DNA of 64,000 nt from NCBI RefSeq assembly GCF_009914755.1, contig NC_060936.1, one strand, 5' to 3'. Under the pieces are notes generated by a model. It ran no database searches. It was not told the origin of the DNA and was given only the letters and a program-made list of their open reading frames with translations. Below, in pieces: positions 29,321 to 43,225 of the stretch (positions are counted from its first letter, which is position 1; each line of letters opens with the position of its first letter). Made by a program: the position numbers and the translations under genes. The stretch comes from the human T2T-CHM13v2.0 reference genome, Homo sapiens.

Positions 29321-29389
29321 GTAGTAAGATATAAAAAGAGAAACCCAAAAACATGAGTGAAAACAAAAAGCTATCAAAAGCTTGCAGAT

Positions 29390-29664
29390 TCCCAGCACTT
29401 TGGGAGGCCGAGGCGGGCGGATCACGAGGTCAGGAGATCGAGACCATCCTGGCTAACACGGTGAAACCCCGTCTCTACTAAAAATACAAAAAATTAGTCG
29501 GGCGTGGTGGTGGGCACCTGTAGTCCCAGCTATTCGGGAGACTGAGGCACGAGAATGGCGTGAACCCGGGAGGCGGAGCTTTCAGTGAGCTGAGATCACG
29601 CCACTGCACTCTAGCCTAGGCGACAGAGTGAGACTCCGTCTCAAAAAAAAAAAAAAAAAAAAAA
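29390..29664 (+). mobile_element. 5'-truncated AluY
   Basis: Starts at tcccagcactttggg; AluY diagnostics; A tail; no evident TSD. Confidence 0.95.
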
Positions 29665-31805
29665 GTACCACATAGATGGTTAAGAGATTAAATGAGTTGA
29701 CATCTGTAATGCTCTTTAGTGCTGTTGAGTTTCTAATATTCATCTGTATTATTTTTATCTTGAATGCTCACCAAGGTGTTCTGGGTCAGAAACTGATATC
29801 TTACTAATTAATTCACAATAAATAGAAAGTGAACTGGCCTGCCTTGCCCTAAGCCTTAACCCTGATGAAAGCCAAGCCAAATGTCCCACATTGGTAGCCA
29901 AACATTCCATAGATGACTGACAGTGAACAATGGATTCTTTTCATTTATATATAGAAGAGAGACAACCATTCCCCTCCCCCTCCTGAAAGGAAAGAAAAAT
30001 CTTTTGCTCCTTTGAAATGAGGTGGAAAGGATCCTAGGTTCTTACCTTAACCATTTAGAATGTAACTATATCCTTCCACAGGTCAGATACACCAAAGGGG
30101 TCTCCAAAGTCTGGGCTTTGTACCTAGGGAGATAGCAGCCCAGCCTTTCTTGGATGGTGAGCACACTAGTAATCATTTTATGAACATGCGCTACAACTTA
30201 CATATACACAACCCTTATTATTTTATGTGTAAAATAGCTCAAAACAAAAAGGATATTTTGTACAGAAAATAAAAAGAAAAGAAAGAAAAAAGAACAAAAG
30301 GAAGAAAGATGGAGGAGGGGAGAAAACTTTCATAAAATCTTCATCCAAAATATTGGTGGCAGTGTGGAAAGGGAAAAGCAAAACCACAAAAAAACTCTAT
30401 CTTCTGTAATGTACCAGCTCTGACCATTTGAGTTTTCTGACACGATGTGTAATTTATTATGTTCAAGGACTATTTTCTTGGCAAAAAGAAAAGATCTTAG
30501 TTTCAGAGTTAGCATAGAACATAACACTATTTAAATGTCTTAAAGTAGCTTTAACAATAGTATGCAATATACAGTGTGAGCAGTCTTTATGAGTGATTCT
30601 CTAAGAGACCCCATCATTTGGCTTTGGACAGGGGAAAGTATCTTTATCATGAACACTTGCTGTGCTAGGCTGAAGCCCACAATTTCTATGATCCCCCACT
30701 CCTCCAATTCTTCTTTCATAAGCTGGGAAGGGGCACTAAGGTGACCAACAGAATAATGAGGATGGGGAGTGTTTTCTTGTTAAGTCCACGGCAGGGCTTG
30801 GCCCTACTGGATTGCAGCTCTTTAAAAGATGAGTATTTAATACTACTTCGTTCTTTGGTCTTGTTGGTTGCTGCCAATTTGAGACCACAGGGAATGTCCT
30901 CCTCATCATCTTTTTAATTTTACACTGATAAAAATATTAAAGAGAATTTAAAGTCTGATTTGTGGATCAGTGTGCTGTATTAAAGAAAAGGAGAAGAAAA
31001 AATATATGAATATATATATTCACACACACGAAAACATACTGTGGGTAGAAAACAGGATAACGAAATATGAAGAAACTCTTCATAAAATTTTATTTTGCAA
31101 GATGTCCCTTTTTGATTTTAAATACAGGGGGAAGAGATTAGTCTTATAAGTGTCAGTCCCACACACCATGTCTTTTCTCTCCCTGGTGTTAATGTTCCAT
31201 GTAATGCTAATTAAACGGACATGTGTAACTAATTTAAGTGTTACAGAATTCAAACCAGTCTTAATTCCCCCTTCTCCCAAAAATAGAATGAGAAACTTAG
31301 TTGTTAGTCTCTAGACTTTATAGTGGGCAGAGAACTAAATTATAAAATCATATTTTACAGAAAAATCTAAATTGATTTCTCAGGTTATGAATACTTAATT
31401 ATAATAGGGACAGTTCAGAAATAGCCCCATGGAAAAAGTAGTTGTTCATTATATTGAGTCTTATGGCCAAGAAAGAGGGCAGAAAGAATGTAATTGTGAG
31501 TTGTCAAGCTTAACACATATGTATAGAGCAAATATTCTCACTCTGTTCAGTGGCAGAATTGAGCCTGCTGAATACTGGGCAGTGTCCAAGTGGTGGTCAA
31601 AGTGGTCCTCTGACATAAAGAATCATGACCCACAAAAAACATTGAAAGAAAATTTACATATAGACATATTATTGAGATACATATCATTACAGACACTTTC
31701 TTTACCAGGATAAGTGCAATCTGAAACTTATCTTTATTATATACCAACTCAATTTTTATTTTATTTTATTTTTTTATTTTTTTTTCCTTTAAAAGCCAGG
31801 GTAAA

Positions 31806-31931
31806 TTTTATTTTATTTTATTATACTTTAAGTTTTAGGGTACATGTGTACAACGTGCAGGTTTGTTACGTATGTATACATGTGTCATGTTGGTGTGCTT
31901 CACTCATTAACTCATCATTTAGCATTAGGTA
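31806..31931 (-). mobile_element. Short L1PA 3' end
   Basis: ttattatactttaagttttagggtacatgtg...catttagcattaggta is the reverse complement of the L1PA terminus. Confidence 0.92.
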
Positions 31932-32139
31932 AAAATTGAAGGAAAGGTAGAGTTATATTTCCATATTCTTTGAACACTATTTACAGAAATGGCATTAGTC
32001 CTGAAAATATCATCTTTCTCTATCAAAGCCATCTTAAAGATAACACTGCATTATTACTTAAAGAAAACTGCCAGGGGGAGAATCTATACCTAGTAAAATT
32101 TAACAGACCAGTGGAGGCAAAACATAACAGTCTGTGTTA

Positions 32140-32361
<222 letters not shown>

Positions 32362-33649
32362 CTACATGTAAAGCCTTCCACTATACTTTAACCCCTTCAA
32401 CTTCTGAAAACTGTATTTCTTGTATTTAAAATGCTGTTCACTGTATACAAACGATGATCAGAGAAAATAAAGGTTTTCCAAAGTACCTTGATATGATGTA
32501 AGAAATAAGCAAAGCCCTGCCTCAGTCTTCACCCACTTAACCATAGCCTAAATCAGTTTGGAAATATTATCATATTTCTCTCCATATAAACATAGATTTA
32601 GTTTATTAACAAAACCCAAGGCATGGTCATTTGGATAATCTTTAAATAAATGCCTTATTATTTTACTTTTTTCCTAACAATTGCCAAGTCAAATGGACAG
32701 TGTAACAGTTTATATAGAATTGCTTAGATGAATTCCTGCACAGAATATGGTCACTTCAAATCTATTATTCCTAATGTGCTTTTTAAAAATCACCTGGTTA
32801 TATACATTTCTTACTGCAAAGTAACCTGATCCTCCTAATGTGCACAACTCCACTACAGGTGACACAATATTGTTGGACTCCACCTTGATGTAAGTTCCCA
32901 GAGGTAGGAGAAAAATGAAAAAGCAGAATGAAAAATACCAAATCAACATTTTCATATTGAACTCATAAAACTAGAAAAAGCAAAAAATGTTATAACAAAA
33001 TAATAGCTACCTATAATAAAAGTTCAGAACTTACTTTCTCCAGCACTTTCTACAGCATTCTTTCATTTGTTCTGAAGAACAAATTTGGCCTGTAGGTATA
33101 TCCATCCCCATTTTGTAGATGAGGAAATTTGGATATTTGCCTGGGCCACATTTAATGACAGAGTAAAAATACAAACCCAGAATTGTCTAATTCTAAAATT
33201 CTTGCATTAATCACTGGGGGATAAGCAAAACTGATATGAAATCAAGTCCATCTCCATTTATTTATGAGGGCGATTAAATATATGTCTGTCACCCTGTGAC
33301 TTTCCGATTCAGATCCTATACTGAACTCCACTGTGCTTGACCTGAAGATTCTTGCCTGCCCTGCTTTTAAAGCAATTTCCTGGGGTCACTTCCTGATGTA
33401 GCCTGATTCCTTTTCCTCTTGTATTTTCTAGGTTACCCTTTTTTGTACATTTTTACCTCCAAAACATTCTATCTCCAAAAATGTGACTCAAAGGTAGAAC
33501 AGGTGGCTATACAATTTCAAAGAGGAGTCCTTGACATTTTTTCATGTATGACTAAATGCATGAAAAAATAAATTATATATTATGTATTTTAATACAGATA
33601 TATGTTAACATTTCTTAGCTTGAGGAGGTTATAGGGATTACTTCAAATG

Positions 33650-34300
33650 TTTAGATGGCAATATTGTAAGAATAAAAACATGAACTTCTAAGTCAGAATG
33701 CCGGGGTTTGAGTCCAAACTTTAATGGCTTCTAATTATTTGGCCTTTACCTGACTTTACTTTTTTTGGGTCTCCTGCTTCAGTTTCCTCTGCAAATTTCT
33801 GGATCTCCTGCTGCACTGTCTTCTACTGTAGCATAGGATAATGTATGTGAAATTCCTGGCCCACTGACAAACATGTACTAAGGATTCAATGGCTATGATA
33901 TTAGAGAATAGTGAGTCATTTGTATATGTTTGATCCTTAAGTGTTTGGGAGGCTTGTCCATTCGTGAGATGATTGAAGGGAGTTTCAGTAGCACCAACAG
34001 CTGTAAACTCTCTGTGGACCTTAGCCTCATGACATGTCAAAGATAACATACAAGAAGATAGGTATTTGAGCTTTTAGATCAGACTGTTGGGGTTTAAAAC
34101 CAGGCTTCCTGCTGACTATCTGACTTTGAACAAATTACTTAATAATTCAGATTATTTTCATTGTCAGTAAGATGAAGATAATAATATGTACCTAACAGTG
34201 TTGTTGGTATGAAGATTAAATGAAATAGTCTGTGTAAAAGGTTTAACACTATGCATAGCAAATAATAAATGCTCAATAAATGCTAGCCATTACTATAATC
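33650..34300 (+). mobile_element. MIR fragments
   Basis: ggggtttgagtcc, tgactttgaacaaattacttaa, gaagattaaatga...aatgctcaataaatgctagc. Confidence 0.7.
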
Positions 34301-36680
34301 ATTACTCAGTCAGACTAGCATTTTCCTAAATTCACTCTGTGAGGCACCAGTTCCACAGACTGTTATTAAAGTATTCGTGAAAAATAAAGGGGGGATATAT
34401 ATTTGTAACATTGTGAGTTCAACCAATTTAACTAGATTTTTTTAACAAGAGGCATATTGCCAAATATGCCTTTTAGAAACATTTTCCAAGAACCTCCTCC
34501 ACAGTGTAACAGAGCACACTAGTGTCCTCAGGAAGCCTCTTAGAGAAATATTGAGCTATAACAATAACCTGGTTTGGAACTTATTCTCAGTAAACCAAAT
34601 GTCATTTTAAATCTTCCGTTCTATTGCCTTTGTTTCCTCTCTCAGCACTCCTACTATTTGTTTTAAGAATCTTCTCTTTTTTTCTACATTTTTTCAACCA
34701 TCCTGACTCCCCTCTGCATCTAATCCCTGCAACCTTATTGTACTGCATATCATATAACAGAATGAACAGCAAAACTCATCTGACAGGAAGAGCTGCTTAG
34801 CATAATTCTTGATAATAGCTTCTCCTTAGCACATGGCCTCTGCTACAAGGGCAATGACCCATCATTTTTCCATACCATTGTACACCCACCCAATGGGATG
34901 ACAGAACTGAAAGATGGTCAAACTGATAACTAGACATATGGAAACAGAAGCACCCACAAAGTTGCCAGGCTGTCAAAGTAAAGAAAGAAAGGAGAATGCA
35001 GGTCAACATTTGGAAGGCTGTAAGGACTTGTATTTTCTTCTTTTCGTAACATCGTCACTCCTGTCCAGTTAATTACCATGTTCTGTCAATACTACCTCCA
35101 GAATATCTCTTAAATGTATATTTGTATACCTATTACTACTGCAACACTGCAATACAGACCACCAAACTTTCTCACTGGCCACAGCATCCTAACTGGACAT
35201 CTGCCACCAAATTGCCCTCCTATGTCTGTCTTTTTCACAACTATATTTGCAGTATTTAGTAAGTGCCTGATAAATTTTGTTGACTAAATGTAATGCATTC
35301 TCTATGCTATGGCCAAATATGTCTTTATGAGCATGAAACATACTTGGTTAAAACCTTAACATGATTCCCTTCTCTGTTCAGAACAGAAGGCCATCATTCT
35401 TAGTAGGGTATGAAAATCCTTCAGCAGAATATTTTTTTAAGCTTTGATCCTTTCTTTATGTCTCTAATCTCATTTTATGCCATTTTGTCCCATCTTTTTC
35501 TCCACACACACTCACAGTCTATTTTTAACCCTAGAAAATTTCTCCAATGACTTCCAGCTAAATCCTACCCACCATGCCACCTGAAATATGTTAGCTATTC
35601 CCTCCATTCCCACCTACTCTTCAAAATGGGTAACTTCTACTCACTAGTAGAAGGGCAGGTTAGAATTCCTCCTATAGGATTTGCCCAAGACCGTGTTGAG
35701 TGCCCTTCATTCTGCACAACAGCCACTTGCCATACCATATTATAATCCACCTACTTATATTCAACCATTATTCTCATATAAGATTCCTAAAGACAGCAAC
35801 TGTGCCCCATACATTTGTGAATCTGTAGGACTCATCCAAAGTCCAGCTTAATAGCTGGTAAATAAGTACTTATTGAATGTTGGTGGTGCCTTACAGACAA
35901 ATATATTGCATAGTGGTTAACATGAGAGGAAGGAAGTATGTGTCATCTCTCTAGATGACAAACAGGAAGTGAAAAAGAGTCGGGGGGGCATGCAACAAGA
36001 CAGAGCAAACTGAGAAGGAAAAGAGAAAAATGAAATCCAATCTTCAATGTGTTTTATTCTGATTTTTAAATAACAATCAAGTTTGAACAAAGTGAAACAT
36101 AATAGAGTGATCAAGGATTTTTGACAAAGGGGCAATACCAGAGAAAAACACCTAAAGGAAAAAAAGCTGAATGTACATTTCTTCTTTACCTTGCAGGACA
36201 GCACAAAAGGAGGGACATTGCCTTCTTTCTCTATTTGCTAACCACCAGGTCTCAGTATAAAATTTCCCAGCACAGAAATACTGAATGTGGTCCTGGCTCC
36301 AACACAAAAAGAAAAAAGAACTGCCACATTCATTTGTGAAAACGGCAAAATTTAAGTGAATTTTGCAAAAAGCAAAAACAGTGAAAAGAAACTGGAAACT
36401 AAAGGAAAATACACATAGAGGAGGAAACCTTGAAATCGCTCCCAGGCAGCAGCAGCTTGCAAGGAGCACAAGGGAAAAGAGGAAACTGAGAAATGGTAAC
36501 CCTGGCAGTGAAGGATGTTGAAGTGAAAAGTTGTCGAAGTGGAGGACTGACGATTAAATCTCCTGGACTTTCTCCCACTCTTCTCTTCTGTTACATATTT
36601 CACTTATGTACACGGAACTTTAGACTTTTGGATTATTTGAAACGCTTCTCATCCCACTAATGTTAAAAGTACATTTAATT

Positions 36681-36932
36681 GGCCAGATGCGGTTGTTCAT
36701 GCCTGTAATCCCAGCACTTTGGGAGGCCGAGGTGGGTGGATCACAAGGTCAGGAGATCGAGACCATCCTGGCTAACACAGTGAAACCCTGTCTCTACTAA
36801 AAATACAAAAAATTAGCCAGGCGTGGTGGCGGGCGCCTGTAGTCCTAGCTACTCGGGAGGCTGAGGCAGGAGAATGGCACGAACCCGGGAGGTAGAGCTT
36901 GCAGTGAGCTCATACTGCGCCACCGCACTCCA
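36681..36932 (+). mobile_element. 3'-truncated (tailless) AluY with TSD
   Basis: AluY diagnostics. Ends at gcactcca with no A tail. CATTTAATTG at 36672-36681 and 36931-36940. Confidence 0.9.
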
Positions 36933-37349
36933 TTTAATTGTTAAAAAGCAAGAAATAAAAAACTGTTATGCTATGAGAAAAATCATTTCCCCATGAAAAC
37001 AGAAAGTAAGTTTAACTGGTCTATAAACAAAAACCTGGAAGGAAAAAGGGGGGGAATAAAGGAGATAGTATAAAGGAGATGTATAAAAAAGATAAAAGTG
37101 GAGGCTAAGAATCCAACCACCTGACCTCCCCTTGAGCCTAAGACACTTCTGTGGAAATAGAGATCACATAAGGGAATATTTTTTTAAGTCTTTTTAGGAA
37201 AATTCTTTACATTGATCTAAATACCGGACAAACTTGGTGTTAACTAGTTACAATGGCATGGACCTTAACAGACAAAACTCGAAAAAAATTCGCCCTTAGG
37301 GTAGAATGCGCGGTGGATTAGTCACGTGCCCCTTCTCCTCATAGGAACC

Positions 37350-37960
37350 AGAATGATCATTATAAAATGTAAATCAAATCACATTACCCCACTGGCCTTA
37401 TACCTTGCTTAAAATCCCGGAATTTACCTATTCATTGAAATTAGAATAAAATATAAATCTCTTACTGGAGAAAAAAACCAACATCATCTTCCCTCTCAAC
37501 CACTCTGACTTCATTTCACATCCCTGTACCCCAGGTTCCCTACGCTTCAAGCACACTGGCCCTCCCACTATCCCCTTTGCCAAGCTAAATCTAGACCTTA
37601 CCCTAAACGTTAATTCTGCCATGAAGGTTCTCCCACCTGTCTTTGTGTAGTGGTCTGCTTTTCATAATCACCTTCACAGAGATTATTATGACCATCCTGC
37701 CCTCCAGAGTCCAGAGAGACCCACCCTGCAGTTTCTCTCTCTCTCTCTCTCTCTCCAAATAGCCTGTAGCATTTTCTCTATTTATTCTAATCTAAAATTA
37801 TTCTATTCACTATTTTATACATTTGTATAAGTGTCTATTTTCTCCTTCTTCCCATTAAAATGTAATTTCCATGAGAGCAGAGATCCTGCCTGTAAGTCAC
37901 TGCTCTAGCACATAGAACATCACCTGGATCATGGAACATCAAGAGATGTAGAATGAAGAA
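37350..37960 (+). mobile_element. L2 fragment containing (CT)n
   Basis: L2 3' motifs (aatgtaatttccatgagagcagagatc...ctagcacatagaac); (CT)n at about 37734-37754. Confidence 0.65.
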
Positions 37961-38141
37961 ATAGGTGTATTATATAATCAGAATAAAAGATGTGAGTTTT
38001 TTAATGGAGAAGTTTTATTACTTCTTTTATATTAACAACTAGAAATGGAGATGTGAAGAACAGTACATATTGGTGGAGCAATAGAAGTGAGAAGAATGAG
38101 TGGGAGATGAGGAAATGGAAACAAAGACTAGATTACTCTTT

Positions 38142-38271
38142 TTTTTGAGGTTGCACAAGTTTTATTTATTAATTTTTATTATTATTATTATTATACTTTA
38201 AGTTTTAGGGTACATGTGCACAATGTGCAGGTTAGTTACATATGTATACATGTGCCATGCTGGTGTGCTGC
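38142..38271 (-). mobile_element. Short young L1PA 3' end with putative 3' transduction
   Basis: L1 terminus (gttagttacatatgtatac), tail, a 14-nt unique tag and a second T run. TSD CTCTTT at 38136-38141 and 38271-38276. Confidence 0.85.
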
Positions 38272-41200
38272 TCTTTCAAGAAACATGCAGAGAAGGAAAG
38301 TAAAGATGGAGTGGTGGCTAGAGAGATTTAAACAAGTCAACAGAGCCAAAAGAAAGGGAGGAGTTAAAGATACCAAAGTGAGCGTAGATTATGAAAGTTA
38401 ATTTTCAAATGAGGTCAAAAAATAAGTAACAGTTTTGTAAATGTAAAGCATTCTACAAGTATAAACTATTATTGTTATTATTCCTTTAGTTTCCTTATTT
38501 TTATAGAAATTAAATGTATCCTCCAAAACTAAACCATTCTTTGTTCTTACTAATAGATTAATACAAATAACCTACTAAATAGGGCATCGAGAGCTACAAG
38601 TTTGACTACACTGTTGCTTTTATCCAAAATCATGTCTAACCTGACTAGAATTTTATGACACTATGCCTGAATATAGAATATCCAAGTTATTACTGAAATA
38701 GCAATTGTCTTTGAGGTGGATGGTGCCATCGGTATTCATAGAGATTAAATAGGTATATATGGATATTAAAGCACAAGAGACTCATGTAAGTTGTATATAT
38801 AAAGGGTATACAGTAACAAATTAGGAGATAATAATGTAACTCATACATATAATCATGTATGTTGTGTGTTATATCATCCAGAAACTGAGGTGGTTGATTT
38901 TAATCATTTTAATTACTACAGTTTTTCTTTTCACTTCATATCATATATCAAGTATTATCACATGATGGCATTTTAAGCCACATTCACTAGGCACATTATG
39001 TGTGTCAGAACTTTCCTATTGAAGAACTAGTATTTACATTTCCTATATTGTAAGTTATAATCAAAAATTTATAGAGTTGTATTTTTACAAGCTAGTCATA
39101 TGATTAGCCTAACTAGGTCATATTTTCTTAGACAACTTCAAAACACAGACTTTGAAACTTTAATCGGTTTCTAAACTTTGTCTGAACTGAAACACTTGTT
39201 TTAAAATGCTCATTAAGTTTGATGTATCAGTGTTTTGTAATGAATCCAGCTCTTAATTCTGTTCAGTAAAGAAGTCAACCCTGGAGATTTACCCAAGAAA
39301 GCTGCATTGGTTTCTAAGGATTTTCTGGCAACAAACACAAGCCTCATTTAAGAACCACAATTATCTGCTTCCTTCACCCAAATTTTGTACTTTCATTCAT
39401 TTCCCCACAATACTGCAATTCTGGTGGGCACAAAAATTCAGGAGCACTATTGCTTTATGCCTAGCCATGTATAGTCAAATTGTTGGATTTGTGCAAATAC
39501 CTTTACCACCCACAGATTGAAATGATATGGAATAGAAATGTATTATCATTTAAATGATTTCTCCAGAAACACAATATTCCAATGTGCCAAGCTCTAACAT
39601 CCAAAACAGAAGACAATGCTGTAAGGCAAAAATAAAGCAATCATTTACGATTTTTCAGAGCCCTAGAAAGACACCTGAAATGATCAAGGCTAAGCTACAT
39701 CACCATGCATCTATTATTACAAGTGAATCACTTGCCCTCCTTTCTGTCTATAAAATGGGAATGTTGTCTATTTTTTTTTTCGAACAGGAATGCCATTAGA
39801 GTAAACAAGAAATCACGGGAGAGTTTGAACTTAAAGAAAGATGTGAAAAATCAGAGGTGTTACTGTTTCTTCAAAGGTCCTTCTCTCAGAGCATGGGCTT
39901 ATAAGTCAGAAAAACCAAATGTGATCCTGGATTCCAACAAATAATAGTTAAATAAATTTGTCAACTTTACTTAACATCGAGTCTCAATGCACACATAAAG
40001 AATGTACAAATATTATTACATATAATATTGTAATGTATGTAACGAAAGCTAAAGGTATGTCTTTCATTCTCACGTGCCCTGTTGAGGCATTTTACTCTTT
40101 TCTCAGTGACTGTAGATAGTTTGAGGAGGGTGCATCCATAATATTTAAATTTTGTATCTCTTTCCACTTCAGTCTTAACCCTAAACTACTTTCTTTCTCT
40201 GCATTTCTGTTTTTTATTCAGTGCTCCTCTCCTTATCAATTGCTTATTGTTTTATAGTATTATCTATCTCCTCCAGGGTCCAAATCTGTTTTTCCCAAAG
40301 AAAAAGATTAAGGAAAATAAGGTACGGTTATATAGTATGACCAAAAGTGAGATTTCATACTGAACCACTGTAACAAGATATATATTATATCAAAAAATAA
40401 GCCATCAAAAATTTGAGTCTAACCAAGCTAAAATATAAAATATGTTAGAGCTACTAAATTGAAAATAAATCTAATTTTTGCAATTTAATATGAAATGTAT
40501 GTGTCCACCAAATCATGATGATGTTTGTAAAGGACAGGGCTGGATAATTGAGATCTAGACAACACTAAACCTTGTTTTATATTTGCCCTCTGCTCCTACA
40601 AAAACTTCAGACAAAAGTAGTAACAATTAGAAAAAATTGGATTACCTTCTCCTACCGTTTTAACACAATGGCACTATGTCACACTATGAATTGAAACAGG
40701 TGGTAGGAGACAAGCAGTTGACTTGTAGATCTGTAAACAATTCACAAAGCTTCCACTCCTGCATGATCTGGAGATGACTACATTTCACAACTGCTAGGTG
40801 GAGGACCATTACATAGAATAAGAAAGGAAAATTCCAATTATATGTAGCCTTTTATAGATGGCTAAATCATAAGCCTTATATTTAATTTTGTGATTATATA
40901 TGGTAAAAAGAGAGATAGCTCTGCACATAATATCTAATTCTGTATATAATATTCATAATAAAACATTTTCTTTCTTTTTTAATAAGACTTTTATAATGCA
41001 AATAATAAGGCTTTTATCAATGCAAATAAGCTATGGTAATGGAACCAGTTCTAAATATTTCTTCAGTCTATTATCATTGGGACTAGTTAAGACTTTCATT
41101 CCTTTAGTTCTGGTGTACCTGTTCTCTTGGGAAATGAGGCACAGAAGAAATCCACTTCACCTCAGCTCTTTCTCCTGCATGCTGGCAAAGGAGTGAAAAA

Positions 41201-42749
41201 GTGAGTGAGAACAACGAAAACAATCTTTAAGAGTTCTTTGTTAGGATAAAGTTTGTGGTCCAAGAACATTTATTCTCACCATAGTAACACCTACATATAT
41301 GAAGGATTCTCCATTTTATGCATTTAACCATCCAGTATGGTCAATATGCCAGCCAGCACTAGCTAGTTAACAGCACGCATTCAAGAGAGCAAAACAGCTT
41401 AACCAGCAAACCATTAAAACATGGAACCTCCTCCTCAACACAGATTGTTCTCAAAGGTAGGTGAACTGAAGAGCTAAAGTTGCATATCCGAAGGCCTCTG
41501 CTCATATAACCATCCCTTCTAAAGCACCAACATCAACATATTTCAACCATACCATCAAAAATTACAAAAGCAAACAAACCATTAAAAAAAAAAGATAGTA
41601 GTTATGTGTCAAAAAGAATGCTATTCTATGTTCTCAAAAGAAGCCAAAAGAAAAGAGTCCAAGAATAGACTGTTTAATCAACTTCACTTGAATTCACACT
41701 TCTCTCTGAGAATAATAGTTTAAGCAAAATTTTTGGACAATTATGTGCACTAGCGTTAAATCCCTGAGCACAGCAACGTCACAATGAAAGAGACAGCGAT
41801 GCTGGGACCCACACACTTTTATAACTACATTCTATTCACACTCCTTATATGTGTTTGATAGTTGTACATTACTTCATATACTTTAACGAGCTGTCTTTGA
41901 GGGAAAGGTAGAACATTACCAGATTTTAATATAACAAAGTACCATACTCAGCTTTCAGCTAACAGCTTAAGCAACTGAGAACTCAACTGATTAAGAATCA
42001 AAGCAGCAACCACTCTGTGCTACAAACCTCAGTCTACAGTAAGCCTCTATAACATATTGCTTTCTGACTTGCTCTTTTTGCAATAAGATTTCAGTACCTT
42101 TTAGAATCTCACTTTTTTACTCTTTCCCTTTATGAATAAAATTGGTCACATAATACACACTACTCTAACTTCTATTTGCCATCAGCCGCTTTGTTCCACC
42201 CCTAACATTTTCCTTATGGATGAATTTGGTTTCCTCAGTCATGATGCAGGTATTTTCCTGCAGTATGCAATCATATGGCAAAGCAGCAGTCAAGTGGTTA
42301 AATGTGCAATCTTGAGAAATTTTCCCACTGGTGAGATGTATTCTATTGTGAAATTATGCCCCAAGGTGGTGGTGGAAGCCTATTACCTGGGTCTATTTTC
42401 AAAAAATTCTCCAAAGAACACCCTGAGGAAAGCCCTACATTATGGGGATATGAAGAACTAGTCCAAACTACAGCCATCGTCATTTCATATTGGCTTAAAA
42501 CCTACTGACCTTATTTCTTCTCAATTTGTATCCCATTACTTCAATTGCTAGGAAGAAGGATTCAGGACACATCAGATATAATACTACACAAAACAAGTAC
42601 CAGATATCACTACAGTTTAGCAAGAATGTAACCAGTAATCCCTGAGTTAACACTCTTCTTGCAATGTACAATGGACATGAGAGTACTCTGTAAACTGTAT
42701 AGTAGTGTATAAATTAGACTTATTACCAAATCATACTAAATTAGGTAAT

Positions 42750-42777
42750 AGGGTGAATGGATAAACAAATTGTGATT

Positions 42778-42827
<50 letters not shown>

Positions 42828-43225
42828 TATACATATATATACACACACAGTGGAATATTATTCAGCCTTAAAAAGAAATTACAACATAGATGAATTTGGA
42901 AACATGTTAAGTGAAATAAGCCAGACACAAAAGTACAAATACTGTGTGGTCCTACTTACATGAGAGATACCTAGAATAGTCAAATTCGTTGAGACAGAAA
43001 GTAGAATAGAGATTACCAGGAGCTGAAGGGAGGGAGAAATAGAGAGTTACTATTTAATGAATATGGAGTTTTTGTACAGGATGACTTTTAAAAGAGTTCT
43101 GGAATAGATAAGTGGTAATGTACAACATTGTGAATGTACTTAATGCTGCTGAATTGTACAAAAAATGGCTACAATGGTAAACTTTATGTTATGTCTATTT
43201 TACAACAATAAAAATGAAGAAAAAC
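42750..43225 (+). mobile_element. L1MB 3' end containing a (TA)n(CA)n microsatellite
   Basis: gaatggataaacaaattgtg...aagtgaaataagccagacacaaaag...gagacagaaagtagaat...aacaataaaaa; microsatellite at about 42778-42849. Confidence 0.85.

Noticed and set aside
31786-31808. Resemblance of aaatttaccctggctttt (minus strand) to the Y4 RNA 3' end
   Set aside because: Only about 18 nt with mismatches, and no Y RNA body.
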